This document shows positions 27,950 through 41,139 of a DNA stretch of 64,000 nucleotides, piece by piece. The position numbers and the translations under genes were made by a program. Positions within the stretch are counted from its first letter, which is position 1. Every line of letters starts with the position of its first letter. Location: contig NC_042999.1 of the NCBI RefSeq assembly GCF_006345805.1, positions 33,294,001 through 33,358,000 on the forward strand, in the 5' to 3' direction. Origin of the DNA: Octopus sinensis. Lineage: Eukaryota. The notes below the pieces were generated by a model that did no database searches, was not told the DNA's origin, and saw only the letters and a list, made by a program, of their open reading frames with translations.

Positions 27950-28145
27950 ATACGAGAGGCTTCTTTCAGTTTCCGTCTACCAAATCCACTCACAAGGCAT
28001 TGGTCGGCCCGGGGCTATAGCAGAAGACACTTGCCGAAGATGCCACGCAGTGGGACTGAACCCGGAACCATGTAGTTGGTTAGCAAGCTACTTACCACAC
28101 AGCCATCTTCAAATGTTTAGACTATGTATATACATATATGCATAT
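27950..28145 (-). repeat. Duplicate of 26813-27007 (SINE B head plus unique flank)
   Basis: Near-identical, including the flank TCTTCAAATGTTTAGACTATG. Confidence 0.9.
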
Positions 28146-28166
28146 AATATATATGTATATATATAT

Positions 28167-28246
<80 letters not shown>

Positions 28247-28577
28247 ATGTATATATATATATATATACATATTAGAAAAAATGAGGTAATCAGATCGGAT
28301 GGTTCATATTTATAGATATTTATTTATATATTACATTTTTTACATATATATCTATCATATCATTCAGATCATATCATTCGGATTATTAGCGCTTTCTCCC
28401 AATCCAGTGGGGTTTTCAAATCAAATCAATTCCTTTGTGGGGAATTTGAACATTTTATAGTTTCGTAGCAGTGGGGAGCAATAAGACAGTATAAGAGGGT
28501 GAGGAGGAAGTGAGACAGAGAAAACATGTGTGTATGTGTATGTGTGTGTGTGTGTGTGCGCGCGTGTGTATATATGT

Positions 28578-28608
<31 letters not shown>

Positions 28609-29094
28609 CGTTTGTATCTGAGAGGGAAGAAGAAGTATTTCCGTTGGCCTGCTGGACCCCCTATGGTTTTCTAAGAATTTTGGTTCTCTGTCTATTCTGG
28701 TGTCACTGAGTGTGTGTTGTGGGTCGGCTGGCCGGACAAATGTCATTTGGGGTCATAATTTCTATTATCGTTTTGTGGAGGTGTGTGTGTGTGTGTGTGT
28801 GTGTCTCTGTGTGTCCGTGTGTGTTTGTGTGCGTGTGTCTGTGTCTTTGTGTGTTTGGAAAAGGGGAGAGAGACAAAAAGAGAAAAGGGAAAATAAAAAT
28901 AAAAATAAATATAAAAATAAAAATAAAAAAATAATAAAATAATAAAAAATAAGAAATAAAAAATAAAAAATAAATAAAAAAATACATAAAAATAAGGGAG
29001 GAAGTGGAGAAAAAAAAAATATTTTGTGTGTTGATATTTATACCAATACATATATATACACACACAGACTTATACATAAAATATTGGAAAAAAA

Positions 29095-29263
29095 ACCTTT
29101 TTATCGGTTCAAAATGAACAACCAAATTACACCATCTTGAAAATTGTATATCATAGGAAAGTTAAAATTAAAGTGACAATTAAAAGGTAAAGATGGAAGT
29201 AAATTATAAAGATAATAATATAATATAATGTATATAACAGGCAATACACATATATACACACAC

Positions 29264-29322
<59 letters not shown>

Positions 29323-29389
29323 CACATACAGACATATACTAAATGTTCTACTATATTAGATTGTAAATCGAAAGATGCGTCCTTCAATG

Positions 29390-29434
<45 letters not shown>

Positions 29435-29690
29435 GCTTACACATGAAATATTAGAGAAAAACCCACCTTCTATCGAGTCAAAATGAACAATCAAATTACA
29501 CCATCTTGAAGGTTAAAATTAGAATGACAATTGGCAAGTAACGATCAAGTAAATTGCAAAAACAATATAATGTATATAACAGGTAACATACACACACACA
29601 CACACACACCTATATATATATATATATACACACATATATTAAATGTTCCACTGTATCATATTGTAAATCGAAAAATTTGTCCTTCAATGT
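29095..29690. repeat. Diverged tandem duplication of a ~370 bp unit at the 3' side of the Penelope element
   Basis: CAAAATGAACAA.CAAATTACACCATCTTGAA and GATTGTAAATCGAAA...TCCTTCAATGT each occur twice. Confidence 0.75.
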
Positions 29691-29705
29691 ATGTTGAGTA
29701 AAGTT

Positions 29706-32085
29706 TCAGCCATTTAATTTGGGGGAGAACATAGCTATGAAATGTTTTTCCATATTCCTCCTGCAGGAGGTGTCGTTCTTCGGACACTTGTAGAAGGGAA
29801 ATATCTTAAATTTTCCTTCTCCACATGTAGCTAGGTGTGTGCTTAGTGGTATTTTGCGTAGTTCTTCCTGCTGAATATGTTGTCGGTGGATCCTGGCTCG
29901 CTGGCAGAAAGAATTACCAGTTTCACCTACGTAATTCTCCTTGCACGTGGGGCAGGTTATGCAGAATATGACGTTCTGCGTCTTGCAGTTCATATCTGCA
30001 TTTACTTTGAATATGTCACCATTTTTAAATCTTATCTCTCTGTTACTCTCTATGTATTTGTAGGTGGGGTTGCTGCAGATCCCACATCTACCATCTCCAC
30101 ACTCTTTTGCAAAGAATTCCGTTTAAGTTTCTGAAGAGAATTTCGCTCTTGTTAGGTGTTTTTGTTAGGTTTTTGTCCTGTCGTCTACTGTTTTTTATGC
30201 TATATTTGTTTAATATGTTTTTCATTTTGGGGCTTTGTAAGGCTATTGGTAGGTTTGAATGTATGGTTTGGAAGATGTTGGTAACTCCAGGGTTGTGTGT
30301 GTTATAAAAGGGATAGTGTTTTCTTGTTTTTTGTTTTGGGTGTCCTGAGTTGTGTGATGTCTAGTTTTAATGCTCTTGTGATTCCATTTTCTATTAGTTT
30401 AAGGGGGTATTTTTGCTCTAGGAGGAAGCTTTTGAGTTCATCTAGTCTTATTAATCGTATTTGTGAATCAGTTACTATGCTACGTATTCATCGTGCCATA
30501 CTATATGGGATGTTTCTTTTTGTGTGGGATGGGTGGCAGGAGTGGAAATTTAAGTATTGATGTGTGTCAGTTTTTTTGTAGTGGATGTCTGTTGTGACGA
30601 TGGAGTTGTGTATTTTGATGTTGATGTCTAGGAAGGGATGTTCGTTGTGGCTGGTATCTATTGTGAAATTTGATAGATGGATGCAGCGTATTGAGGATGT
30701 TGTGGAATATTTGTAGGTCCTCTTCTGATCTGTTCCAAAAGATGAAACAGTCATCGAGGTAGCGTTTCCACTTTTTCTTGATGTCTTCTCTGAAGTCGTG
30801 TTCGAAGACTTTCCCTATTTCGTCATATAGTTTTTCTCCAGGAAGCCCATCACCAGGTTGGCATATGAAGGTGCGAATTTTGTACCCATAGCCGTGCCTT
30901 TTATCTGTCGGTATGTCTTGTTGTTGAATGAGAATGTGTTTTTTTCTAGTATTAGTTGGGTGGCTTGGGTGATAAAGTTTGTCTTGAAGCGTTCGTCTAT
31001 AAGTTCTCTGTATTCTTCTATTGATTGTTTTATAGCTTCTAGACCTAGGGTGTGTAGTATGTTTGTGTATGGATTTGTGACATCAAAGCTTGCAAGTATG
31101 GTGTTTTTCGGGACTGTATTTGGAATGTGTGTGAGGAAGTCTATGTCATCCCTTATGTAGCTTGGAATCTGTGGGCATAAAGGTTTGAGGAGTATATCTA
31201 TGAAGTGGCTTAGTGTTGTGTTGGAGCCTGGGTCCTGCCACTATTGGTCTCATTGTGAGGTCTGCAGGCCTTTGTACTCTTATATAGTGGTTCCTCTGTT
31301 CCTTTATGGCTCTCTGTATTTCGGAGCTTTTATGAATTTTAGGTAATCCATAAAAGTTGCTTTCTTTGGTTTGTGAGTTGCATAGATAGTCTTCCTCCTT
31401 ATCTGTAAAGGAGTCCTGATATTCATTGACTAAAGTTCTAATTTTTCTTGTTGTTTTCTCCGGTGGTGTTGGTTCCTCTTTGTAATATGTCTGGTTGTTC
31501 TGTAACTCTAGTATCTTTTCTTTGTAGTAATCTGTGTCCATAATTACTATTGCTCCACCTTTGTCAGCTTCTTTTATAACGATTGATTTGTCATTTTTCA
31601 GTTTTTGTAGGGCTTGTTTTTCTTCTCTGCGGAGATTCTGTTTGCATTTGTGTGTGTGGAGAGGGAATTTGGATATTGTTTCTATGTATGTGTCAAGGTG
31701 TTTGTCACTTCCCTTGTAAGGGGTGAAGTGGGATTTTTTTCTTATGATTGAGTTATCTTCTGTTTCTTTATTTTCAAAGAATTCCATAAGGCGGAGGGAG
31801 CGGCGAGAAGTTGTCTATATCAGTTTTTAGTTCTATGAGGTTTGGAGTGGGTGGAGGTGTAAATTTGAGGCCTTTTAGTAGTAGGTTCATTTCATATTCG
31901 TCAAGTTCTCTTTTAGATAAGTTTATCATTTTGGGGTCTATGTATTTTGGGAGTTCATCCGGAATTTTTGGTGTATTGGGTCTGGAGTATGGTTGAAGTA
32001 TCCTCTCCCTAAAAAATGGGTTGTGTTGTTACGTCTTCAAATTCCATTTTCAATTCTTAGGTTTTCTTGTAGTTGGGGTGGTCTA
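29706..32085 (-). mobile_element. Near-complete Penelope/Poseidon-type element: RT plus GIY-YIG endonuclease, several frameshifts
   Basis: INLSKREL...LLKGLKFTP; IKEADKGG; FYGLPKIHK; RPIVAG; SFDVTNPYTNI; GTAMGT..APSYANL; YLDD at 30750-30761; FLDINI; YLNFHSCHP; NVIFCITC...YVGET...FSPKLN. Confidence 0.95.
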
Positions 32086-32093
32086 CATGTGTA

Positions 32094-32141
<48 letters not shown>

Positions 32142-32188
32142 TATATATATATATACACAAATATATATATATACATATGTATATGTAT

Positions 32189-32281
<93 letters not shown>

Positions 32282-32379
32282 AGTTAATCCAAACAAGAAA
32301 GCACAAAAAACACAACAACGCGAGGACGTGGAACAAATATAGTATTATTGGACGCTCATGAAAGAAGGAAAGGAGGAGG

Positions 32380-32414
32380 GTTCAACGTTTCGAGCGGAGC
32401 TCTTCGTCGGAAAC
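32380..32414 (-). ncRNA. Variant minimal hammerhead (U4C, extra A after A9) in a pLTR-like segment 32281-32486
   Basis: GUUU-CCGACGA-A-GAGC-UCC-GCUC-GAAA-CGUU-GAAC; palindromic AACGUU; same strand as and upstream of the Penelope ORF. Confidence 0.55.
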
Positions 32415-32496
32415 ATAGGAGAAGGAAAGATCCAGAGAAGGGAAGACAGGGGAAAAAATCGCCAACGGTACACACGAGGTCACATGTCTGCAGTGA

Positions 32497-33410
32497 GTCA
32501 TTTTCTATTGCGCCTTAGGATTTAACACACCGATAAAATTTCCATTTATTTCTTATTTTTATTTTCCTAAACTTCTCGTTGCGTCTTGCAACCTTTTCAA
32601 CAGTCTTGACTGTCCGTTATTTACACTGCGTTCCTTTCTGTTTGTTTGTGCGCATGTGTGTGTGTGCCTATGCATGCATGTATGTATATATGTATATATG
32701 CCTGTGTGTGTATGAGTATATGTGTGTATATGCATATGTATATATGAATGTGAGTGCCTCTGTATGTATGTATTCTGTATTTTCATGTGCTTGCGTGTTC
32801 GTGTTTGTGTGTTTTTTTATGTGTGTGTGTGCGTGTGTTTATATATGTATGCACCACTGTCTCCGTGTGTGGGCATGTCTGAGTGTGTGTGTGTGTTTGT
32901 TTTGCAACTATCTTCCGTGTTTGCATGTATAGATGTGCATCTCTATATGTGTGGACAAATGTCTCTATGTGTTCTTGAGTGAAGTAAGTGTTTGTGCATA
33001 TATGGTCATGTGTTTCAGTCTCCATTTGTGTATATGTTCTTGTCTGTTCATATAACCTATGTACCTATCCGTCTGTATGTGGATCTGCTTATTTTCACAT
33101 CCATATGCTTGCATACATGTGAATAAACACATATATACATACACACACACACATACAACGATCTACATAGCATCTCACTAGTCTACTCTACCTGAGTAAA
33201 CTGTGAATATGAGGGTAAGATATCTATTATAAATATTTCCTCTTTAGTATTGGGGAAGTTTCATTTATAAGGACGTACGCCCGTATTTGTCAGTGCAAAT
33301 AACGGGCAGAGTCAAGATTACAGAAAACTTTGCAAGACGCAACAATAACTTTAGGAAAACGAAAATAAGAAATAAATGGAAATTTTACCGGTGAGTGTGA
33401 AAATGACTCT
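32497..33410. repeat. Inverted repeat pair of about 125 bp (32497-32628 and 33291-33410)
   Basis: TAAAATTTCCATTTATTTCTTATTTT vs AAAATAAGAAATAAATGGAAATTTTA; GTTGCGTCTTGCAA vs TTGCAAGACGCAAC. Confidence 0.8.
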
Positions 33411-33571
33411 CCCCAGACACAACAGAATATACTTCAACACACGAACTCACATGAACAGAATTGCAAACCAAATCTCAAAACGAAATATAAATAAATATAT
33501 ATGCATATATATATAAATACACATGTGTGTGTGTTTGTGTGTATATAAGTATATATATATATATATATATA

Positions 33572-33790
33572 CTTTTTTTAAAAGCAGCGGAAATTCAACA
33601 AAACCTGTTACTCGGAGTTACACGTTCCCGTTCGTCGGACAGTTTTTTTTAACTGTCTAACGGACGGGAACGTGAAACTCCGACTAACAGTTTTGTTGAA
33701 TTTCTGCTGCTTTTAAATAAAGCATATTACTCTATCCCTGGTATTTGAGTACTCTTTTTTCCACCTTGTTTCACATTTATGCGTTTACTC

Positions 33791-33828
<38 letters not shown>

Positions 33829-34050
33829 TTTTTTTAAAAGCAGCGGAAATTCACAAAACCTGTTACTCGGAGTTACACGTTCCTGTTCGTCGGACAGTTT
33901 TTTTTAACTGTCTAACGGACGGGAACGTGAAACTCCGACTAACAAGTTTTGTTGAATTTCTGCTGCTTTTAAATAAAGCATATTACTCTATCCCTGGTAT
34001 TTGAGTACTCTTTTTTCCACCTTGTTTCACATTTATGCGTTTACTCCTGT
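33572..34050. repeat. Tandem duplicate of a ~223 bp unit, each with a ~140 bp palindrome of two head-to-head mutated hammerheads
   Basis: Units 33572-33794 and 33828-34050 differ at 3 positions; arms CUGU-core-ACG-GGAA-CGU-GWAA-CUCCGA(G/C)-UA-ACAG. Confidence 0.85.
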
Positions 34051-37035
34051 ATATATATATATATATAATATATATATATATATATCTTGTATTGACGTTC
34101 CTTTCACGCATGTCTTTTATTTTTGCTGTGTAGGTGAAACATCCTTCTATGTATATATAAAAAAATACCCGATGATCGTTTTCGATTGTTTATTTTTCTT
34201 TACCGTTACCATCTTGGTTTTATTGGGTGTTATATTTTCCTGTTATCTTCATAGCTCTTCGATAGATACAATTTTTTCTATTCCTTTTGTTCTATCTTTC
34301 TCTTCATTTATTTATATGTTAGTAATCATTTGCTGTTGACGCCACTAAAGAGAACAGTATTATCATTAAGGCGGTAGGTAAGAGTGTTTAAAATTTTGTG
34401 TGCTTTTTTGTAAGTTATGTCACCGTGTCTTACTTGTCTGATGGACAATTATGTTTTTTTCCACATTCTCCATATTCTTATCATTCATACGATTACTCAG
34501 TAATGCCGAACTTGCAAACGTAGTATTTGTTCTATATTATTTTTTAAAATCCAGCAATTATTTTTGTATATTGCCATGAGAAACGCCAACGCTTTTACTT
34601 GGTCACTTCAAATTTAACTTGGTCATTTCACTTATTGATGAATATTTACAAATGCTCGTTATTTGTCGTAGAATCAATGCTTTTCTCGTTCTTTTTTCTT
34701 CACTACTTCTAAGATAGCAAAATTCATGCACCACTTTGACATGCTGGATATAATTGCTATTGGAATAGTTTGATCTCTGTTTCTCCAAAAATAATTGATT
34801 GAATTTTGTCAGAAATAACGTTAAACTGTACTTTTGTATTTTTCTTTCACCTTGTTAATCCCAATGTTCAATTCTGATAAATTCTAACAAAAGAGAGTTC
34901 ACGTTCTTTTTTTTTTCTTTTAGTATCTTTTTAATATAGAAGAAAATATATTTATGCAACATCTGACCGTAATTTTTTTTTTTTATGAATAACGAGATTT
35001 CAACATTTAAATAGTCAATAAAAGCGATAAATATTTTTCAGTCGTATCATGTGTTACTTTTATTTTTCTGATTAGCATGCTAAGATTAAGAAATACGTGT
35101 TTCGTTTATCCATATTAAAACCAACTTTCTCACCTATTTCTGTTTCATATTTGACTTTAATATCATCATTAATGATTTTTAAGTCGTTTTTCTCCATCAT
35201 GAGTTGTGCGCACACTTGCGTTCTCTATATTGGAATACAAACAGTATAATAATAACTCTGATGGATTTTCGCCCTCCATCTTTCCAATCAGCTGCTGTTA
35301 TATCATCTGATATAAGTCACATGCTTTCCAGATTTTCTGAGAATTTTTCTTTACTTTTGAATTGTAGTGGAGATATTCATTCCCTAACACAATATTAATA
35401 TCGATTTTTTGAATGACATACTGTTTTATTAACACCTGCTGTCTTGCTTCACAAACTGTTGCATTATCCTTTGCAACTTATTACCATATTTGATTTTTGA
35501 CGATATCATTTCTTGTGACGGATTTTCTTTTTAACGCTTTAATATTTTGGAAAATATGTCCTTAACTTTTGATATTGAGATCCTTTCAATCTCATTACAC
35601 ATGTTGTGAGTTTATTATTTGGTTTCTCAGCATCGAGTTATTGTTTCAGCTTTATCCCATGCCTCCTCTTCCATCTATTTCAATATTTTGTTTTCCGTTC
35701 TCAGCAATGTTTCTGTTCCCCTTCCATAGTTTATTTCACAGTTGTTCTGGTCCGCATTCGTCTTTAGATAGCCTGAAATGTTTAAATATTTTACATTTCG
35801 AAATTATTTAGGTAGAATCTAGTTTATTGTTATTAAAACCTAATTTTACTTTCCCAGCAATGAATTTATTGATATCAAAGACTTGGTTTCCTTTTGGTTG
35901 TTTTAACACTTTTAACATTATATCCCCAACGCCGCCGGAATAAAAACATTGGCCGTTGTTTCAAATCTTGTGATTAGGAAAATCTAAGGATAAACACAGC
36001 TTTTGTGTTGCACGACCTATTAGAAATGCAAAGACATTTTCATTCATAAAAGTTGAGAAAATATCTAGACTCTAAAACTTTTGACATGGTATTCGTGCTT
36101 CCCTTCATATTGTTTCTATAGTCAATGCGAATCGGAATAGCATTATTGGTGATTGATAGATTTGTCTTGAAATGCATCACTCACTTGATGCAATCCATTT
36201 CATTCAGAGCTGTGGATTAAGTATACCACTGTTTGAGTTTGAAGTTCAAGATACCTCCTTTGAATATGATTTTATAATTGTGTTTCTAAGTGGTTTATGA
36301 GAACAAATGTTTTGGTTGCAGTTCTATTCAATATTAATCCTATCCCATTCGTACATAAGCATTGCTGTAACATAAACAGTCCATTCCATTATATTTTAAT
36401 TAAAGCTTAATTTCTTGACAAAAACCTTTTGCGTTGCCAGTGTCAATTCCTATTTCATATTAAAACTTTGTTCTGCAATACTGATCAGCTGGATACGCCA
36501 TTAACTGCTATCAGAAAATAGGACATATATCCGTGTTGTTAACGGCAACATATTCACCATGTCTTTTTGACTTATTATGATCAACCTCGTGACCAAGAGT
36601 TCAATAGATGTTAGATCTCAAGTTGGTGATTATGGCATGCAGCACCATACTGAAATCTCCGTGGCAACTCTTTTATTACTAAAACTCTTTGAAAGTTTAA
36701 AGATATGTGAAGCACCTTATAACAAAAGTGTTTAATCACTGCCGTTGACTCATGAGTTGGCCATGCTAGGCTAGCACTAATTCGACCTTCTCTGGCCCGA
36801 GTTGAAGAATATTTCATAAGAAGCACCAGCTGAGGCCACTGCAGTCTTAAGACATGAGAACACTGGGGACCTTTTCATGTAAATCACACAATTCAGAACT
36901 GTATATGCCTTGCCTTGCTGACAAAGTACATTTATTCGCCCAGGAACATAGAATGGTGCAAAGACGACCTTGCTTCAACAATTAGGGTATAACAGGTGTA
37001 ATAAAAATTTCGATAACAGATTAAAAAATAGAACA

Positions 37036-37069
37036 ATTATTATTATTGTTATTATTATTATTATTATTA

Positions 37070-37156
<87 letters not shown>

Positions 37157-37160
37157 CATT
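37036..37160. repeat. (ATT)n/(TAA)n array at the 3' side of the Dong element; second array at 41048-41140
   Basis: Direct reading. Confidence 0.95.
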
Positions 37161-37164
37161 ATTC

Positions 37165-40100
37165 AGTAGTTTTATTTTTATAGCGTGCTTTCACTTCACT
37201 ACCGAGCACAGCTCTGTGTGCCTTGGGTATGTGCTGTGATTTGTTGTGATGCTCTGATGGTTATTGTATGGAAAGTGTTCTGTGTAGGATGTGTGCAGTG
37301 CCTAGTAGTGCAATTTTCTGTATGTTATATGTGTTTGTAAGTCCTGGTGTTTTTGTTATGTATTTGTCTGAATATTTTTTTATCATGCCTAATGCACCTA
37401 CTATGATAGGAATTGTTTCTGCTTTTAGATTCCACATTGTCATCAGCCGGTATTGATACATCAATTAGAAAGCATTTTTTTCTTCATGATCTCTGACAAC
37501 TATATCTGGTCTGTTGGCCTTAATTTCTCTATCTGTGTGTATCGGCATATCCCAGAGTATGGTTGCTTTCTCGTTTTCTGTGACCTTTTCTGGTGTGTGC
37601 CTATACCATCTTTTTTCTGTTGTTATTCCATAATGTTGGCATAGCTTCCAATGTATGTAGGTTCCAACTTTGTCATGTCTGTGAATATATTCCTTCTTAG
37701 CCAGGACTGGGCAGCCAGAGATAATATGATTTATTGTTTCTTGTCCATCTCCAAATATTCTGCAGTTACTTGTAATATTTCTTTTCATTACATGTTTTTG
37801 GTAATTTCTGGTGGGGAGGCTTTGGTCTTGTGCTGCAATTAAAAATCCCTCTGTCTCTGCTTTGAGTCCTGAGCTTCTCAACCATTGCTGGGATTTTTCT
37901 TTGTCTATTTCTTTTGCGTTTAGTTTAGTCCAGTATTTACCATGAAGGGGCTTTTCTTGCCATCGTTTTATCATGGTTCGTTGCTGTTCTATTTTTAGTT
38001 TGGATTTCATTTGTTTTTTAGCTTTTGTTGTTTCTTCATCTTCTTCTTCTTCTTTATGTTTATTAGGTGGTATGATTTCTTGTTTGTATTTGTCAGCTTC
38101 CTTAAATACTGAGAACAGTTTTTTGTTTTGCTCGTGTTTTGCCGCTATCTGGATCAGTTTTCCTTCCTTTTGAAGTAGATATTTTTGCAGTCCTATGGTG
38201 GTTATTTTATAGTAGTTTTCCAGCTGTATAAGGCCTCTACCACCTTCTATACGTTGTATATATAGTCTTTCTATGTCAGATTTTGGGTGATGGATCCTAG
38301 ATCCTGTCATTATTTTTCTTGTTTTCCTATCTATTTTGGTCAGTTCATTTCGTGTCCAGTTAAGGATATTGTAGCTGTAACTTATAACTGGGACAGCTAA
38401 AGTGTTGATACCCATTATCTTGTTTTTAGCATTGAGCTCTGTTTTTAGTATTGATCTAACTCGTCTATAATATTCTTTTTTTTATTTTCTCTTTCATTTG
38501 TGTGTGTTGTGTCTTATCTAGTTCATGGATTCCTAAGTATTTGTAAGTTTGGCTTTGGTCTAATTCTTTTATTTCATTGGTTTTATCTAGTGTGATGTTG
38601 TTACTCTTAACTAGTTTTCCTGTTTTCAGGGTTACTTTGGCGCATTTTTCTAATCCAAATTTCATATCTATTTATCTGGTAAATCCATGAACTGTCTTTA
38701 ATAGTGTTTCCAGCTGTTTGTCATTTGCAGCGTATAGGTTTAGGTCATCCATATATAAAAGGTGGCTGATCGTTTTGCCGTAGCATTTATATCCGCATCC
38801 AGTTCTATTTAGCATATCAGATAGAGGTGACAGTGCCAAGCAGAAAATGAGTGGAGAGAGCGTGTCTCCCTGGAATATTCCTCTTCTAATGGGGATGTCT
38901 TTGGTTTTCATGAGTCCCTCTTTTGTTTGGAGGTGTAGGACTGTTTGCCATTTATTCATAGAGCGCTCTATGAATTTTATGATTGTTGGTGCTACTTTGT
39001 TAATGGCTAGTGTTTCGAGGATCCATGTGTGGGGGATGCTATCAAACGCCTTTTTGTAGTCAATCCAGGCCATACTGAGGCCTTTCTTCTTTCTGTGGCT
39101 GTCTTCAGTTACGGCTTTATTAATCATTAGTTGATCTTTACAGCCATATGAGCCTTTGCGGCATCCTTTCTGCTCTTCTGGGAACAGTTTGTTGTCGTCC
39201 AGGTGCTTGTTCAGCCTTTGTGATATCACTGCAGTAAATGCCTTAAACATAGTAGGGAGGCAGGTTATTGGTCTGTAGTTTTCTGGTTTTTCTGTTTCAT
39301 TTGATTTGGGAATTAAGATGGTTTTCCCCTTCGTGAGCCATTCAGGCATTGTCTCTGGCTCTGCTAGTACTTTGTTAAAGTTTTCAGCCAGCTTTTTGTG
39401 CATTCCTGTTAGATATTTCAACCAGAAGTTGGGGATCTTGTCATGCCCAGGTGCCTTCCAGTTGCTTAGTCTTTGCAGTGACTGGGTGACCTCTTCAGTT
39501 GTTATGGGGGTCCAAAGTTGTTCAGATGCCGAGTTTGTTATTCTGATACTCCTTTTTTTTTTGGTGGTTCGTTCGCCGACCATATTTCTCCCCAGAATTC
39601 TTCCAATTCTTCTGCCGTTGGTGCTGCAGTGACTTCTATTTTATTTTTTCCCAGTTCATGGTAGAACTTTTTGGGGTTAGAGTTGAACTTTTTGTTTTCT
39701 TCAAAGAAGCGTTGGCGTTTCTTGTACCGGCGGATCCTTTGTGCTTTGGCAAGGATATCTTGCTTCAGCTTTTCTTTTATTTCAGGCAAATCTTTCTCTG
39801 TGATGTTATATTTGCAGAGTATTTTTGTTCTCTTTTTGTTGCTCAGTAGCGTTGATTGTTTGCTGATTTCATTAAGAATCGACAGGTCTTTTCTATTTTT
39901 TTTTATTTTGCTTTGGATGTTATTTATCCACAGGGTTTGTTTGGATGGTGGTACTCCTGTTTGAGCGGGTTTGGGTGAGTATCCAGCTTCTTTTGTGGCT
40001 GCAGTAGCTGCTGCGTATATTAGGTTATTTAGCTCAGTGATATCACTTTTTTTTGATTCAGTGGCTATCAGTTCAGTGACGGCTAGGTTTATGCTGTTTA

Positions 40101-41047
40101 TAATAGGTGTTGTTATTTTGTTTATTTTGATTCTTGGGAGGTATGGTCGGTGGTCCATTTTGAGCTCTGTGGTTTTTAGTTCTTTGATTATTTTATTTTT
40201 TATATTATCATAATCATTAGGCTCCCCTTCGTTGTTTACATCGTGTTTGTTGGGAATGTTGCGTTTGTCTTCGTGTTTTACAGTTTCAGTGTTTATATTA
40301 TTGGGCATTGTTGTGTGGCTTCTATCTACATTTTCCTGGTGTATGTTTTCTTTTAGGTGTTCTATTTCTATTTCTGATATTTTTTTTGTGTTGAGAATGT
40401 ATCTTCGTACGTTAGCTAATTTATTAGGGTTCATTGCTGTATCCAAGTCTATATCTCTATTATTTTCCTTCCATATTTTATATGTATGTGTTGTTGTATT
40501 TTCATTTTTTGGGTAGAGTACTGCTGTGAAGTATGCGTGTAAGATAGAAATATATTCCTCACGTGTCCATTTACGTCTTTTGGGTTTTATTTGCGGGACA
40601 TGAGGTACAACGTCCGGCCCATTATTTTGACGGTCGTCATTTTCGTAGGGTACCGGTCCGTTTATTTCTGTTGTCACATTATTTCGCACGTGTAGTTTTT
40701 CGTACATTTTTTGTTGTAAGTTTAATGTACGTACCGCCCGATTGTTATTCTTGGGTTGAATAGTATCGGTGACATTTAATTTCTTCGTAATTCCTTTGTA
40801 CATGGTGTTTGGGGTCGGAGATGATCGTGATGTTTCACGTATGTTTACATGTGTTGCGTTAGAGGCGGAGATGATATCGAGTCAAAATACATCATTTCGT
40901 TTCGAAAATAGTAATAAATTTCAATTAGTATTACTTACTCGGATACAGTCCAATTCTTTGTTAGTAAAAGTTTGGCTCCATAGGATGTCCTTGTTTTCCA
41001 TGTTTGTGGATAGATTTCGGAGCTCTGAATTTTCCTTCTTATTTCCT
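37165..41047 (-). mobile_element. Nearly full-length R4/Dong-type non-LTR retrotransposon (RT, CCHC, restriction-like endonuclease)
   Basis: ORF pieces 40803-39538 (RRKWT...), 39583-38672 (KAPGHDKI, NYRPITCL, WIDYKKAFDS, GIFQGDTLSP, HLLYMDD), 38415-37465 (CRIFG...ETINHIISGC, RPDIVV), 37464-37261; (TAA)n on both sides. Confidence 0.95.
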
Positions 41048-41073
41048 TATTATTATTATTATTATTATTATTA

Positions 41074-41125
<52 letters not shown>

Positions 41126-41139
41126 GTTATTATTATTAT

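Noticed and set aside
33572-34050. CRISPR-like or prokaryotic repeat system
   Set aside because: Only two units, no spacers, and a eukaryotic repeat context.
36600-36970. Possible DIRS relic on the minus strand (VPGRINVL, LAWPTH)
   Set aside because: Only two short, weak motifs; needs a profile search.
37973-40763. Plus-strand ORFs overlapping the Dong element, and similar antisense ORFs over Penelope and CR1
   Set aside because: Antisense shadows of retroelement ORFs.
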